NCBI GenBank assembly: GCA_030704615.1
Contig: CM060731.1
Coordinates: 72,044,001 to 72,108,000 of the forward strand
Reading direction: 5' to 3'
DNA from: Takakia lepidozioides
Lineage: Eukaryota; Plantae; Bryophyta
DNA: 64,000 nucleotides
Made by a program: the position numbers and the translations under genes. Positions 37,068 to 50,400 of the stretch are shown one piece after another (positions within the stretch are counted from its first letter, which is position 1; each line of letters begins with the position of its first letter). The notes beneath the pieces were generated by a model. The model worked only from the letters and a program-made list of their open reading frames with translations, did not search any database and was not told where the DNA came from.

Positions 37068-40000
37068 ATGGCAGAGTATGGAGTGGGCTCGGTACCTGCG
37101 GAGATGTCTGCCTTTTCCAGATGTTCTCCAGGAGTTTCGGGGTGTCCTCAAACGTCTCCCGGAGGCTATGCTTCTTGCAAACCTGGGCCAGGGATGAACG
37201 CTTCAAGAAGGTGCGAGCCGTGCTCCCTGTACGGTCCTCTGCATTTTCCCAACAGCATGGTATTGGAAATTGCTTCGAGAAATTGCAAACCGATTGCGGG
37301 CCCATGCAGACCGGTAGCGAAGTATGAGATTTATGAAAAGGGACTTAAGCAAGGAGGTCACCTGGAGGTGCAGAGAAATGAGTGGCCCTGTCCCCCCGTG
37401 GTCACAATCAGCAAGGAAATTGACAACAGAGGAAGCCACAAGACGAATGAAGAGGGGCTTTGGAACGAGTATTTTGTAAACCCGAGTCGATTGTGGGGCA
37501 ATCGAGGCAATAAGGTGCATGCCTGCTACGTTGAAGCAGAGAACAGAATGCAGTGAAATACTTTCTCGCAAATTGCTGAGGGCACCCACTCTCTCGCTCT
37601 CTGCCTTTTTCTTCTCAGGACTGTGCTCTGCCAGGGAAACCACTTTCAAATGTGTAGTTGATCGACTCTTCCATACCCTAATGAGTTGGAGCCTGATCTT
37701 GGGAGGCTTGTGGGTGTTTGCTATGGAAATTCTGGGTTTTTTCAGCCACTTGCGGCGAATCCATGCAATTTTTTACCGGGAGACGGATGCTGAAGGAGGC
37801 AGGATGTAATATGGGTGCAGATCCACATTAGAGGACCTGATTTCAAGCACAAGAGGACCAATGAGGCACTGTGGACTGATAGCTACAAGAAACCTGCATG
37901 GGTTGATGTTCAATTAAAGAAGCTGGAGGTAGCTAGGGGTATGTATCATGAAATGCTTCTAAGACAGGTGATGAATATGGGCTGGCTTTCCCTACATTGG
38001 CACTTTGAAGTCACATGAAAGGACTTTGGCAAGGATTGCTCTTTGGACTGGGTTTTCCTTGGGAGGGCCTAGGATCGTTTCTGGAACCAGTTCAGGATTT
38101 GGTCAGTGTATGTTTCATCTTCTATCAGAGGTCATAACGGGGAGTTTATCATGAGCTTTGTGAGCGAACTTGTCTTGTTGATGAGTATTCTTGACATGTG
38201 ACTGCAACTGGGTTGCAGGCAAATATCCGAATACCCACAATAGTGATGTGGAGAAGCTTGGGAACGGATATTTATCAAACCCTGGTCAATGGTTGGACAA
38301 ACAAGCCAAGAAGGTGACAAGATAACACTACTGGCGAATTAGTGATTGCAGATTTGTGGACTCTCTTTTACCCCTCCTCCTCTCTCTCTCTCTGGATGTT
38401 TGTTTGTTTTGACGTGAACCCCACTTTGCTTCAGGTAAGGTAGTGCGTTGGATTTAGTTGGAGAGTTTGGGGCCTCTCCCTCTTTAGAATATGCCTACGC
38501 GGGCTATTGCCTGCAGCTCCCTGGAGTGTGATCTCTGAATGGTAACAAGCGGACCCTACCGCATGGGGGCAGCCCCTCCGCCCAGATTGGGCAGTTGTAT
38601 GCTCTGTCTCATACTCGGCACTTGGGCTAGGGTTGGTCCTTGTGCTTATACTTATAGCCTGCGAATTCTACCAATACATTACCTCTTATCAATAACAACA
38701 CTCCCCAGGGTGATTCCTGGGAATTGGTTACTTACGCCAAATCTAGGGCTTCATGTGTAGTTTCTGGGGTGAATCCCAGGATGGATGATGTGTCCTTTAA
38801 AACTACATGCTCCAGTTTAGGCTTGGATTATATGGATAATGGTTCATCTCTAGACTTGATAACAGAGGTACTTCGAAGGTTGCAAAGCCCAAGAATGCTA
38901 CTAATAGAGTCTCACATCGATTCAATCTCAAAGAAGTTCGTCCCTTGACCGGCTGGAGAGCAGTCTTAGACATTGGTGATTCAATGAGGCGCTCTAGGAA
39001 GACAACCAAGGGCAGGGACTTCAACTTGAAAGTTTCTAACCGGTTTGATGCACTGGATGAGGCTGATTCCAAGCAGTCAGTGCTGAGCCTGAGCGTCGTG
39101 TGACTGAAGGATTTGGTAGTCTGAATGGTTTACCAATCCTTAAAGTTTACACAAGATGTGCAAAATCTGCACACGGGGTAATTGTCCCCCCTTTGCAGAA
39201 CGGTTGGCCGTCCAGGAGCAACCATAGGCTACCTAGACGACAAACAATTCATATGCAAAGGGCTGGCTTGCGGCTGGGCACTTTCAATTTCTCAGGGCCG
39301 ACTAAGCAAGAGACATGGGAAACTTCGGACAAACTGGTTGGAGTTGTCAATGGTTTTAAATGGATCGGTAAGATGTGCGCTCTTAAGCAGTGAAGGGTCC
39401 TCTGAAGAATGGAAGGACACAGTTGGAAAAACTGTTCCTATGATTCAAGACAAACCTGATGACTTGGAGTATATTTCAAAGGCTTACAGCGCTCCCATTA
39501 GTTCTTCTGAGATTGTGGAAGCAATTGAGCATTTAAACGGATATAAAGCTGGTGGACCTGATGGCATAGTCAACGAGCTTATCAAGCACGGTGGCGATCC
39601 AATGATAGAGGCCCTTGTACTTCTCTTTAACCTTATCTGGAGGACTGAACGATCCCCTTATGCTGATGACAGGGGGTCATTGTCAATCTATACAAGAAGG
39701 TGTTAGAGAAGAACCGGGGAACTACCGAGGCATCACACTCCTCAATGCAGTTGGCAAGATATAAGTACTCGTCTCAAGGTTGATCTGGAATCTAGAGGTT
39801 GTTTCCATGAAGGCCAAGCTGGCTTTCGGCGAAATAGGGGCTGTGTCATATCTTCACTCTAAGCCAGATTATCCAGGGAGGGAAAATAGAAGGGAAACCC
39901 ACTTCTGTATTTTTCTTGGATGTCAAAAAGGGTTATGATGTGGAGAGAAGGACTCTGGTCATGTGGGATCAAGGGAAAGATGTGGAGAGTTGTCCATAAC

Positions 40001-43000
40001 TTGTATGCTCACCCAAAAGTTGTGTCACTGTCAATGGACAGAAGTCTAACTTCTTTGACATAGACCAAGGTGTAGCTCAAGGATGTACTCTCTCCCCTCT
40101 GCTATTCAACGTTTTCATCAATCAACTCCTTGAGGATGTGGAGAGTGAGGGATTTGGGTTAAGGGTGGGTGATGCCACCATACCAGCCCTTCTGTTTGGG
40201 GATTCGCAAGCATAGAGGGGAGACTCCTTCCAATCTCCAGGAGTTGATTGAGCGTGCAAAGGGATACTTTGACCTTTTGGGGCTAGAGGCTAACGTCAGT
40301 GAATGTGCAGTGGTGGCATTCAACGACCGAAGATAGGGAGGAGGTGATCTCAAGTGGCAGTGGGGAAGCCAAGAGATCCCGGTCCTGCCTTCGTACACAT
40401 ACCTCGTTGTTGAGTTTTCCTCCAACTGTTATTGGGATGCACATATTCAGAAAGTTGTTCAAACTGGCAAGCACAAAGCGCTGGGATCAACTCTTGTGGT
40501 AAAACAAACCATGCTTTGTCGCGGTATTAGACCTGCCTTGGAATATGCATCTGCAATATGGGTTGATAACTCCAACCAGGCTAAGTCTCTAGAATCCATT
40601 CAAGTGGGGGTGCTTAAGAAATGCATTTCAGCATGCTCCAAAACAGCCAATGTGGCTGTTCGGGGTGAGTTTCGCATCCCTTAAGCTCCTGACTGGAAAA
40701 AAGTTCAAGGAAGTTTTCTGCCTAACTTCATTTTCATCAGACAATTTCCTGCCAACAGACATGGCTTTGGACACTACAGCCTCTAAGTCAGATTTACCCG
40801 CAGGGTCAAGACTTGCGGGCTAAGATTCAGATCCTTGAGAATCTCTTCTACTCTCTTCCGCCAGGACTTACGCTGTTTGACAGGGCGATCCTGCTTCCAA
40901 GACATAGAGTCGATTGACTTACGGAGGACATCATGGATGACCTCAAGGGTCAACCTCCTCTAGGCACTAGACTGAAATTTAAACTCAGGGCGGGAAGCCT
41001 ACCTTTGAACAGCAAACAGAAGCAGAGAGGAAAGGGAGAGTGCAATTGCCTGTTGTGTGGGCAATCTGAAGACAATATTCCTTTTCTGATTCATTGTCCG
41101 GCGTTCTCTCACCAGAGAGACGCTCTTCAAATCTATCAAGGGAATTGTGCCTGTACCTCTGTTTACCAACTTTGAGAGCCAAAAGCCCAGGCCCTTTTGG
41201 GGCCTAGTTATTGGGCAAACCACACACACCAGGTTGATGCTTGTGTAAAGGAATTTCTAGAGGATCTTTGTTCACCCTTTCTCCTCGAGACTTGTGACTG
41301 GCAGTGCAACCACAGTCAAATGTGTCATCTGTTGCAAGGTAGAGGGTTAGGGGAACAGTTCTGCAGCAAGCTCATGCTGTCTAGCCTGAGGCCGATGCCA
41401 GCACACGTACTTGGATTGTTGTTGGGTGTGAGGGAGCCTTATTTGTGGGGCTGTCTGAAATAGCCTGGTGATTATCCCACCAGATTAGCAGTGCTCATAT
41501 CAACTTTGTTGGGTCATGATGATCTGCTACATATGGGGATGGGATCTATGCATTTTGATAATGGAGGCGGGGATAGCTGAAGGAGGCAGGGAAGGAGTTT
41601 GGGTGCAGATGCATACTAGAGGACCGGAGTTCCAGCAAACCGAGGGACTGTATATTAATAGCCACAAGAAACCTCTGCGGGTATATGGTCAACTAGAAGC
41701 GGCAGTGGCAACACAGTCACTTGAATCAAGCACCTCCACCAGGAGCACTGTTGTTGAAAAAAGACTAAGAAAAGGAGTCCACAAGAAGTCTTCCGGTAAT
41801 TTTGGAGATGTGAGGACACTATGTAAGGCAGGACAATTGGAAAAGTTGCTACACATTTTGAACCAAGGTCGCATGTTGCCAGACTCTGGAACTTATGTCT
41901 GTCTCTTGCAGGAGTGCATCAAGAGGAAAGGTCTAGTAGAGGGAAGGCAGGTACACACCCACATTATCCAAAGTGCATTCAAGCCAAACATCCTTTTAAA
42001 CAACATGCTCATCAATATGTATGCCAAGTGTGGGGGCATTGCAGATGCCCGCATAGTGTTTGACAATATGCCTGAACGAAATATTTTTACATGGAATATA
42101 ATGTTGGCAGGATATGCCAAGGCAAATCCAGCCAAGGAGGCCTTGAAGATCTATGAGCAAATGATACGAGAAGCGGTGAGTCCCAACAGGGTCACATTCC
42201 TTTGTGTTCTCAAGGCGTGTGCCAGCTTGGCAGCCTTGGAGAAGGGCAGAGAGGTCCATGCTGATATGGTCAAAGCTGGAATTGCATCAGATATCATTCT
42301 GGACACTGCCCTTGCTGCCATGTATGCGAAATGTGGGAAAATGAAGGAGGCTCGTCAAGTTTTTGACAGTATGGCTCAGCGAGATGTTGTTTCGTGGAGT
42401 ACCATGATAGCAGGATATTCTCAGCAGGGGTGTGGGAGGGGAGCTTTGGAGATCTATGAGCACATGATACAGGAAGGGGTGATGCCCGACCAAGTTGCAT
42501 TCGTGTGTGCTCTGAATGCATGTGCCAGCCTGGCAGCCCTGGAAAAGGGCAAAGATATCCATGCTGAGATCATCAAAGCTGAAATTGAGCCCAATATCAT
42601 TGTGAAGAATACCCTTGTGGACATGTATGCCAAATGTGGGAACATGAAGGATGCACGTCAAGTATTTGACAGTATGACTCAACGAAATGTAGTTTCCTGG
42701 AATGCACTGATTGGAGGGTATTCTCACAATGGGAGTGATAGGGAGGCTTTGGAGACCTATAACCAAATGGTACACAGAGGGGTGATGCCTGACCAAGTCA
42801 CATTCGTTTGTGTTCTCAATGCATGTGCCAGCCTGGCAGCCCTCCAAAAGGGTAAAGAGATCCATGCTGATGTCATTAAGGCCAGAATTGAACCAACTAT
42901 CATTCTGGAGACTGCACTTGTTGATATGTATGCCAAATGTGGGAACTTACAGGATGCACGTCAAGTGTTTAACACCATGGCTCACCGAAATGTGGTCTCT

Positions 43001-43831
43001 TGGAATGTGATGATTGCAGGATTTGCTCAGCATGGCTGCGGTATGGATGCTTTGGAGACCTATGAGCAAATGAACTGGGAAGGGGTGGCACCTAACCAGG
43101 CCACGTTCGTCTCTGTTCTCAAAGCATGTGCCAGCCTGGCAGCCGTGGAAAAGAGCAGAGAGATCCATTCTGACATTATCAAAGCTGGAATTGAGCCCAA
43201 TATCATTCTGGAGACTGCTCTCATCAATATGTATGCCAAATGTGGGAAGATAAGTGATGCCCGTCAAGTGTTCAACGACATGACTCAACGAGATGTAGTC
43301 TCATGGAATGCGATGATAGCAGGATATTCTCAGCAGGGGTGTGGTAGGGAGGTCCTGCAACTGTTGCAGCAAATGAGACAAGAAGGCTTGAAGCTGGATG
43401 GTATCACCTTAATATGTGTTCTCTCTGCATGCAGCCATCTGGGCCTAGTGGATGAAGGCAGTCACTACTTTGACACTATTAGCCGAGATCATGGCCTCAC
43501 TCTTACAGTGGAGCATTTTGGCTGCATGGTGGACCTTCTTGGCCGTGCAGGGCGACTGTATGAGGCAGAAGATTTTATTAACAAAATGCCAATCAAGCCA
43601 GATGCTTCAGTGTGGCGGGCCTTGCTTGGTGCCTGCAGAATTCATGGCAACGTGGAGGTGGCAGAGCGTGCAGCAAAGGGCCTTCTCAAGTGTGATCCAC
43701 AAGATGCTGCAACTTATGTGTTACTATCAACCATCGATGCTGCAGCTGGCAGGTGGGATGATACTGCAAAGGTGAGAAAAGTGATGCAGGACAGAGGTGC
43801 CAAAAAGGAGCCCAGGTCGCTGTTGCATTGA
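37068..43831 (+). CDS. PLS-class PPR protein with N-terminal OSB-type PDF motifs and E domain (4 exons); DYW tail disrupted
   Basis: Exons 37068-37514, 37821-37938, 38219-38313 and 41609-43831, all GT-AG and phase-compatible (0,1,0); five L-S-P triplets then L2-S2-E1-E2 (HFGCMVDLLGRAG...WRALLGACRIHGN). Confidence 0.8.
38780..41262 (+). mobile_element. Degenerate LINE (RT-containing) in intron 3 of the PPR gene
   Basis: GPDGIVNELIK, NYRGITLLN, QAGFRRNRGC, FLDVKKGYD, GVAQGCTLSPLLFNVFIN and the C-terminal zinc motif; many frameshifts; 5' limit uncertain (possibly ~38400). Confidence 0.85.
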
Positions 43832-44151
43832 GGTCAACAATCAGGTGCATACATTTGATGTAGACGGCGAACGGCATCCACAAATTGATGAAATCCATGC
43901 TTAGCTGAAGAGAATGACTGGGCAGAGAAAGGAGGTTGGGTATGCTCCTGACACACGCTTTGTATTGCACGAAAGCAACTGGAGGCGGAGAAGCCAGCCC
44001 CAATGATTCGAGTGAAGGAGAAGCCAACCATCCCAACACACCCCCTGGTTCGCCTCTCTCTGCCATCAAGAATCTTCGGGTGTGTGGTGACTGCCACATG
44101 GCCACCAAGTTGATCTCAAAGATTGTTGGCGAGCAATTATTGTATGGATGA
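43810..44151 (+). pseudogene. Decayed E+/DYW cytidine deaminase domain
   Basis: After a +1 shift: EPGRCCIEVNNQVHTF...HPQIDEIHA*...[11 protein letters not shown]; then [26 protein letters not shown]. No HxE motif and no terminal DYW. Confidence 0.8.
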
Positions 44152-45799
44152 AGTTTCCTTCCTCATATTTGAAGCCACAGACTTTTGCTCGTGAAGTTGG
44201 AAGAAACTAACCTCCCTGGTTCCGGCAACTGGGAGTAATGAGCTTGCTGTCAGGTGATAGTGATAATTCCGGAGGTGGGAGGTTTTGCAACACAAAAGGT
44301 GTTATGCGGGGAAGCCTCACAAGATCAGAAAATTGGTTGTTCAGAAGGGTTTTCTTTGCATTGATCAGTATATCCAGTATGTCGATGCATGTTAACACCT
44401 AGCCTTCTCTTGCCAGAAGAGATGGAGAGAACTTTTTTACTCTCGTTTTGAATCCACCAGAGTTTGCATGGTGGATGGGGTGCCTTGCCATGGCTAGATA
44501 TGGTTGTATGACCACCACAGCAGAGCTTATTTCATGAGGTGGTTGGAAAAATGAGGCCCCCGAATAGTTCTACAGTCTTGTATGAGAACCACGGTAGGTG
44601 ATGTGAGGTCTTGACAGGATGAAATGATGTGCCTCAGTCGGATGAACATGAATTGGAGCAAGCAGACAACGAGAGATTGATACTATCTTAGCAATATCAG
44701 AGTCAAGGGCTTCAAACAAACAGTTCTATCAGTTTGAAAACTTCATTAGATTGAACTAAGTTCCTAAAGGGGGAAGGTGTTTATGCTAGAAATAGTTTTC
44801 AAGCCACCACTAATACTATTCTCTTGATTATTGTCTATCTAATAGGCCCAACAACACGGATCATTTCTTGGATCAAGGAGAAACTGAAAGTATTTCGACA
44901 AGAAATTACAACCAGGGTGGACCGGTCGCGGTATGATAAAATTCCAGATCGTTTGGACGATGACAGTTGGCCCTTCAAAGAGCCAAAGGAGGAGCAAGAT
45001 AGTGACCCATGACCACAACAAGAAGTTGAAGCAGCCAACACCCTCAAACAGTCAAGCCGGGATCGGGGGACATGGATGGCACAAATCCGAGGGAGGACAG
45101 AGAAGGAAGGAAACGGAGAAAGATAAAGTTGTGGTGCCCAACTGGTGGAGGTCAATGCCTACAATAGTGACCCCATTTGTGAATTTTAAGAAGTCATGAA
45201 GCAGATGGCCTTCATGAAGAGAGCCTCTTGTTCCTTTGACATTTGGATAGGCCAGAACAATCATTGTTCAATCCTAGAGAGCATCCAACAAATGGCCTAG
45301 TGGTTAGGGCGCAAGGTCGCATTACAAGTGGTAGTGGGTTTAAAGTGTGTATGTTGGATGTTACCCCTTATGACCAACCCAGCTATAAAAAGGGGATAAT
45401 AGGGTCAAACCACTTAATGCGTGGGGTAACTAGAAACTTCTGAGTCTTGGGGGGGGGGGGGGGGGCGTTGGGCAACTGCGTTGCGTTATCAATATATGAA
45501 TCGAGACGTTTGTTTTGTTTTGTTTTGTTTTGTTTGTTTTATTTTGTAGATTTGAGAATGTCCCAAAGCGCAAGGCCCCCCAACCCTGGTGCTTCGTACC
45601 GTTGGAAAGCTCTTGATGAGGAGGGGTGCACCGGCTTGGTCTCATGATTTTTGGACTAGCGGTGTGGGAGATGTGGCATTTCAAGTACTTTTGGTCGTTG
45701 GAGAAAAATAGCAAAGTGGGCTTTCTTGAGAGGCCTCAACAGGAGATATATCAATAATGAATGGATATATTACTACTCAATAAATCAATGAAAAAAGAA

Positions 45800-46240
45800 A
45801 ATTGGGCCTTGACATGGGAGACGTATTTGGATACATAGGAGATTGCACTTGGGCAAGTTACATGACACTGGACACTTGGGCCTCTGCATGGGAGATGCAC
45901 TTGCATGATACATAAATAGAAGATTGCATTTGGGCTTAGATGGACCTCAACATAGGAGACGCACTTGGATACGTAGGAAATTGCACATGGACTTAGATTT
46001 CAATTCTTTACACATGGGCCAACGGCATAGGCTACACTAGAGGTCGCACTTGGGCCTCGACATAGGAGACGCATTGGGATATATAGGAAATTGCACTTGG
46101 TCTTACATTTCAACTCTTCATACATGGGCCAAAGGCACATGCTATCCTAAAGGTCGCACTTGGGCCTCAACTTAGGAGACGCAATGGGATACATAGAAGA
46201 TCTTACACTTGGTGGGCCAATGGCACAGGCTACCCTAGTG
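45800..46240. repeat. Degenerate tandem repeat (ggagacgca...tacatagga...ttgcacttggg units)
   Basis: Units recur every ~55-110 bp, e.g. 45945-46055 vs 46055-46165. Confidence 0.6.
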
Positions 46241-48765
46241 GCCATTAAAATGTGCCCACCTTCCAAACCGAAGGCATTAGTCCTTCGGGATCACATAATA
46301 CCATAAGTTATGCTTGTTTTGGCAAGAATAATCATTTTTGGTTTTTTTGCCCTTCTATTATAGAGATTTTGTGACTTGCAAGAACCTCGGGATAAGAGGT
46401 ATTGGATGAAATCCAAAAATGATGCAAATGGGAGTAATTTCTATCATGCTCTATATATATATACATATTGTGATATCTTATATTGCGCAGACTTCATTTC
46501 ATTCACAATGTTTTTTATACATGTTGTCTGAGATAGGGGATGTTTGGGAAAACTTACTCCAAAATATCATATTGTTTGTGGGGATATGCGATTTTTATTG
46601 TGGGGGGAGGTGGACATTAAGAAAAATGAGGGCTTTGCTAGAGCCCGCAAGGCAGTTACAACATGCCTAGAAAAGATGGACTAGTCCACACACATGTTTG
46701 GCATTGGGGGAGCCAATTCTTTAAATTGTCTTTGGGTTGAAATAACAAATAGAAGTTACATCTACTTCAATATAAGTCTTCCTCTTATTTACAAATCCTC
46801 GGTCCAATTGCAAGGTTGACACATTCTAAGGGTTGTAACGGAGCAATGGGGTTAAACTCCCCCCAAAACCCCCAAGTACCCACACATTAGGTATTCAGTT
46901 GACCTAAGCAACCTTCTTTAAGAGCTGGGTTGGCTATAAATGGGTGACATCTAGCATACACCTATGCAGCTTTGAATCAAAGTTGGCAGTTATATTTAAT
47001 TTTTGATACTGATTGCCGTAATCTCTCCTCCACAGTGGCAAGAGTGCGTTGAGAAAGAAGAGGTCTAATTCTTGACTATGCATCCCAAATGGATTGCTAT
47101 GCCATGGACACAAGTGGCCGAGCTCATAATGAACGACTACCCGTTTGGGATCCCTCTTTGGTTGGCATCGAAGGACAGTCCATGGACCAAAATCAGGATG
47201 ACCACAGGATTTTGGTCCATGGTCATTCTGGGCGTCCCTTAAAAGAATATCCTATTTAGACCAATGGACTTGGTTTAATTTAAACTTGGGGTGGTTGATG
47301 GGGGCGTCCCTTAGAAAGAAGACTCCAGCCAAGCTGACGTAACTAAGAGTCACTTCATCTTACGGCTACTGGCTCCTTTTGGGGATGAGCCCTATAAAGA
47401 AAACATGTGTCCAAAGGACACCGGATAACCAGGGGGAGGTAGTAAATCGGGTAGCGGTGCCTAGGGTACCCGGGGTACTGCAGAGGGGTTGGACTCGAGT
47501 TTTCGCTTATTGGTGATGATGGCAGTGGGGGAGCAAAGCGCAGGGAGGTGGATGGCTTGAAAGCATTTGTGGATCGGGGGATAGAGATTTTAAGATTGTC
47601 GTGTAACCTTATACTGGTGGTATGAATCCCACCTCTAGTACCGGCTGTGATAACTGATAGGGGGCCGGTGCGCCACCCACACTGGCGGATGACGAGGATG
47701 AGAATGGGCATATTTTTGTCGTTTTCTAGGATGGAAGGGGCTGGGTATCAGTCATGACAATATATGAATTCAACGAAGTGAATGGTTAGTTCTGGGGAAT
47801 GAGAAGAGAGTAGAGGGGCATTGATGGGTAAGCCATGGACAAGTAGGATATCCGGGTAGAGCCGAGAGAGACAGGTACAGGGTGAGTGATGACAAGTATA
47901 CGGAAGTATCTAGTAAGGGATAGTGTGGTCAAGGGGTCGGCCTTGGTAGGTACCGGCATTGATGAGTGAGAACCATCTAGTTTCTGATTTGGACATGAGA
48001 AGTTTATGGATGTGTCAAACTGCGTGATTTCGACGAGTGATGCGGAGGCCATATATTACGGGGTGAGTACATTGACTGAGGATGTGGGACCAATTGTCAC
48101 GTACTGTATGTGTATGTAAGCATAACGGGCAGTTGGGGAATGGGAATAGGCGTGACCAGAAGATGCGTTTGCGTTGGTATCCCATATATTAGGCGTAACA
48201 AAATTTGAGTGTTTGTCGAATTTGCGCGTCGGTGACAGTCTTGGTGTACCAGAAGTACTTTGACAATTTGTGGTGAAGAATTGTAGATTGCGTCCATTTT
48301 TTGACATGGGCTTTGGAATGGTTGATAGAGGCTGAGGCTTAACCCTATTTCAATTAATTCTGGATTTTTGGCTTAAATGGATATTCGTATTAAATTTAAT
48401 TGAAATATTAATAATATCATGGTGTAATGTGTGATTGAACTGTGTGAAATTTCAGGTGATGTCATACTTGTTTCAAAATGTGTCATAGAAGAGGTCCATT
48501 TGACATTGAAGTGCTCAATGTGAAGTAACAGTATTGAACAATTCATTGAACATCCACTTTGAAGTCGAATAAAATAATATTCCATTACAGGTCATCATGA
48601 TAAACAAATAGGTCGCATCGAACATGGGCCAAACTCGTACTGTACCATACTCGATACAACTTGCTAGTAATTTTATTGATCGAATCTTCATATGAAGCAC
48701 AATGTTCACATACCACGCCATTGGAATGAATCATGTTTTGGATGTGATAAGGGCAGTAAAATATT

Positions 48766-50400
48766 AGAATAGCATGAAACATTCGGAAAAGGTATTAGGG
48801 TAGTACAATAAGGTTTGGGGTGTAACTAGAGAGAAGTGTAATAAGGTTTGGGTTTACAGTAAGGGTAAGGGTTTAGGGTTTGGATTTAGGGTACAAAAAG
48901 ACAAACAAATATGATGGACTCACACTCGGTAGAATTAAGAAATGGTTGAGGAATTTGATATCCCTGTAATCATTCTATCATACTTTATCCAACAAAAAAA
49001 AAAATTAAAATAGCATGAAACATTGAGAAGATGTAACATGGTAGTACAATAAGGTTTGGAGTGTAACTAGGGTAGTACACTAAAGTTATTGGTTTATGGT
49101 AAGATTAATGGTTTAGGGGTGATAGTAAAGATAGGGTTTTCGGTTTGGGTTTAAGAACACTATTGGACAAACAAATATGGAAGACTCACAGTCACTAGAA
49201 CTTGGTGTGTGTTAGAAGGATAAAAATAAAAAATAAAAATGGAGAAACAAATATTATGGAATAGTCATTGGGTCGGAGAAGTATTTAGATTGAGGATTCG
49301 TCCTTGGAACCTGGTATTAAGATACGTATGGTTATGGTATGGATACTTCATTCCCATTTGCAAGGGAAGGGTAAGTGTTTAGACGTAACAATGGCGTAGG
49401 GTTTTGTTTAAGGTTCGCGACGAGGGTTTAGGGTTTGGGTTGAAGGCAGAAATGGTGAGCATACATGCCGGAAGACTCGCACTCGCTACAACTTAGTATT
49501 GTTAGTAAGGTAATACTAAACAAAATAAAAATGAAGAACCTAATATTATGGAAGTGTAGTCATTGCATCGGACAAGTATTTAAATGAAGACTCGTCCTTG
49601 GAACCTGGTATTAAGATACATAGAAAGCAAAGTTCGATAAAAAATGTAAGTGCATGTCAATCCAAACCAAAGGCAAAACCTTGCGCAAGGTGAAGGGCAA
49701 AGATATTTGAATAACCATAAATAGTTATGGTTATGGTATGGATACTTCATTCCCAGTTGCAGGGGAAGGGTAAAGGTTTAGACGTAACAATGGCGTAGGG
49801 GTTTCCTTAGGGTTTTCGACGAGGGTTTAGGGCTTGGGTTGAAGGCAGAAATGGTGAGCATACATGCCGGAAGACTCACACTTGCTACAACTTAGTGTGT
49901 GTTACTATGGTACAAAATGGAAATTTGGTTACATTGAAGAGATTTGGATAACCAAAATGGTTATAATTATGGTATGGATAATTGATTCCCATTTGCAAAG
50001 GGAAGGGAAAGGGTTCTGGGGTATTGGGTTAAGGGTAAATGTTTAGGGTTTTCTAGTAAGGGTTTAGGGTAAGGGTTTAGGGTTTTTGCTTAAGTTACAA
50101 AATAGACAAACACTAAGTCTTATGGAAAACTCCAGACTTTGCTAGAACTTAGTGTTGTTAGTAGGGTACTAGTAAGCAAAAAAAAAATGAAGAACCTAAT
50201 ATTATGGACAAGTATTTAAATGAAAGACTCGTCGTTGGAACCTGGACCTAGTATTAAGATTTAACATAAAAAGCAAACTGTAACATGCCTAAAATGCATG
50301 TCAATCCAAAACAAAGAAAAAAACTGGCGCAAATGTGAAGGGAGAAGACATTTCAATAACCATAATGGTTATGGTTATGGCTAAGGTTATGGTATGAATA
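48766..50400. repeat. Degenerate tandem duplications rich in telomere-like TTTAGGG
   Basis: ~240-bp period at 48766-49200, ~400-bp period at 49327/49726; many gtttaggg motifs on one strand. Confidence 0.6.

Noticed and set aside
41516-41608. ORF-track start of the 771-aa PPR protein
   Set aside because: This stretch is better explained as intron; an acceptor at 41608 joins phase-compatible upstream exons.
45800-46240. CRISPR-like repeat/spacer pattern
   Set aside because: Repeats are degenerate with homologous 'spacers', no cas genes, eukaryotic context.
47355-48780. Possible Helitron or DNA-transposon coding remnants
   Set aside because: No diagnostic Rep, helicase or transposase motif recognised.
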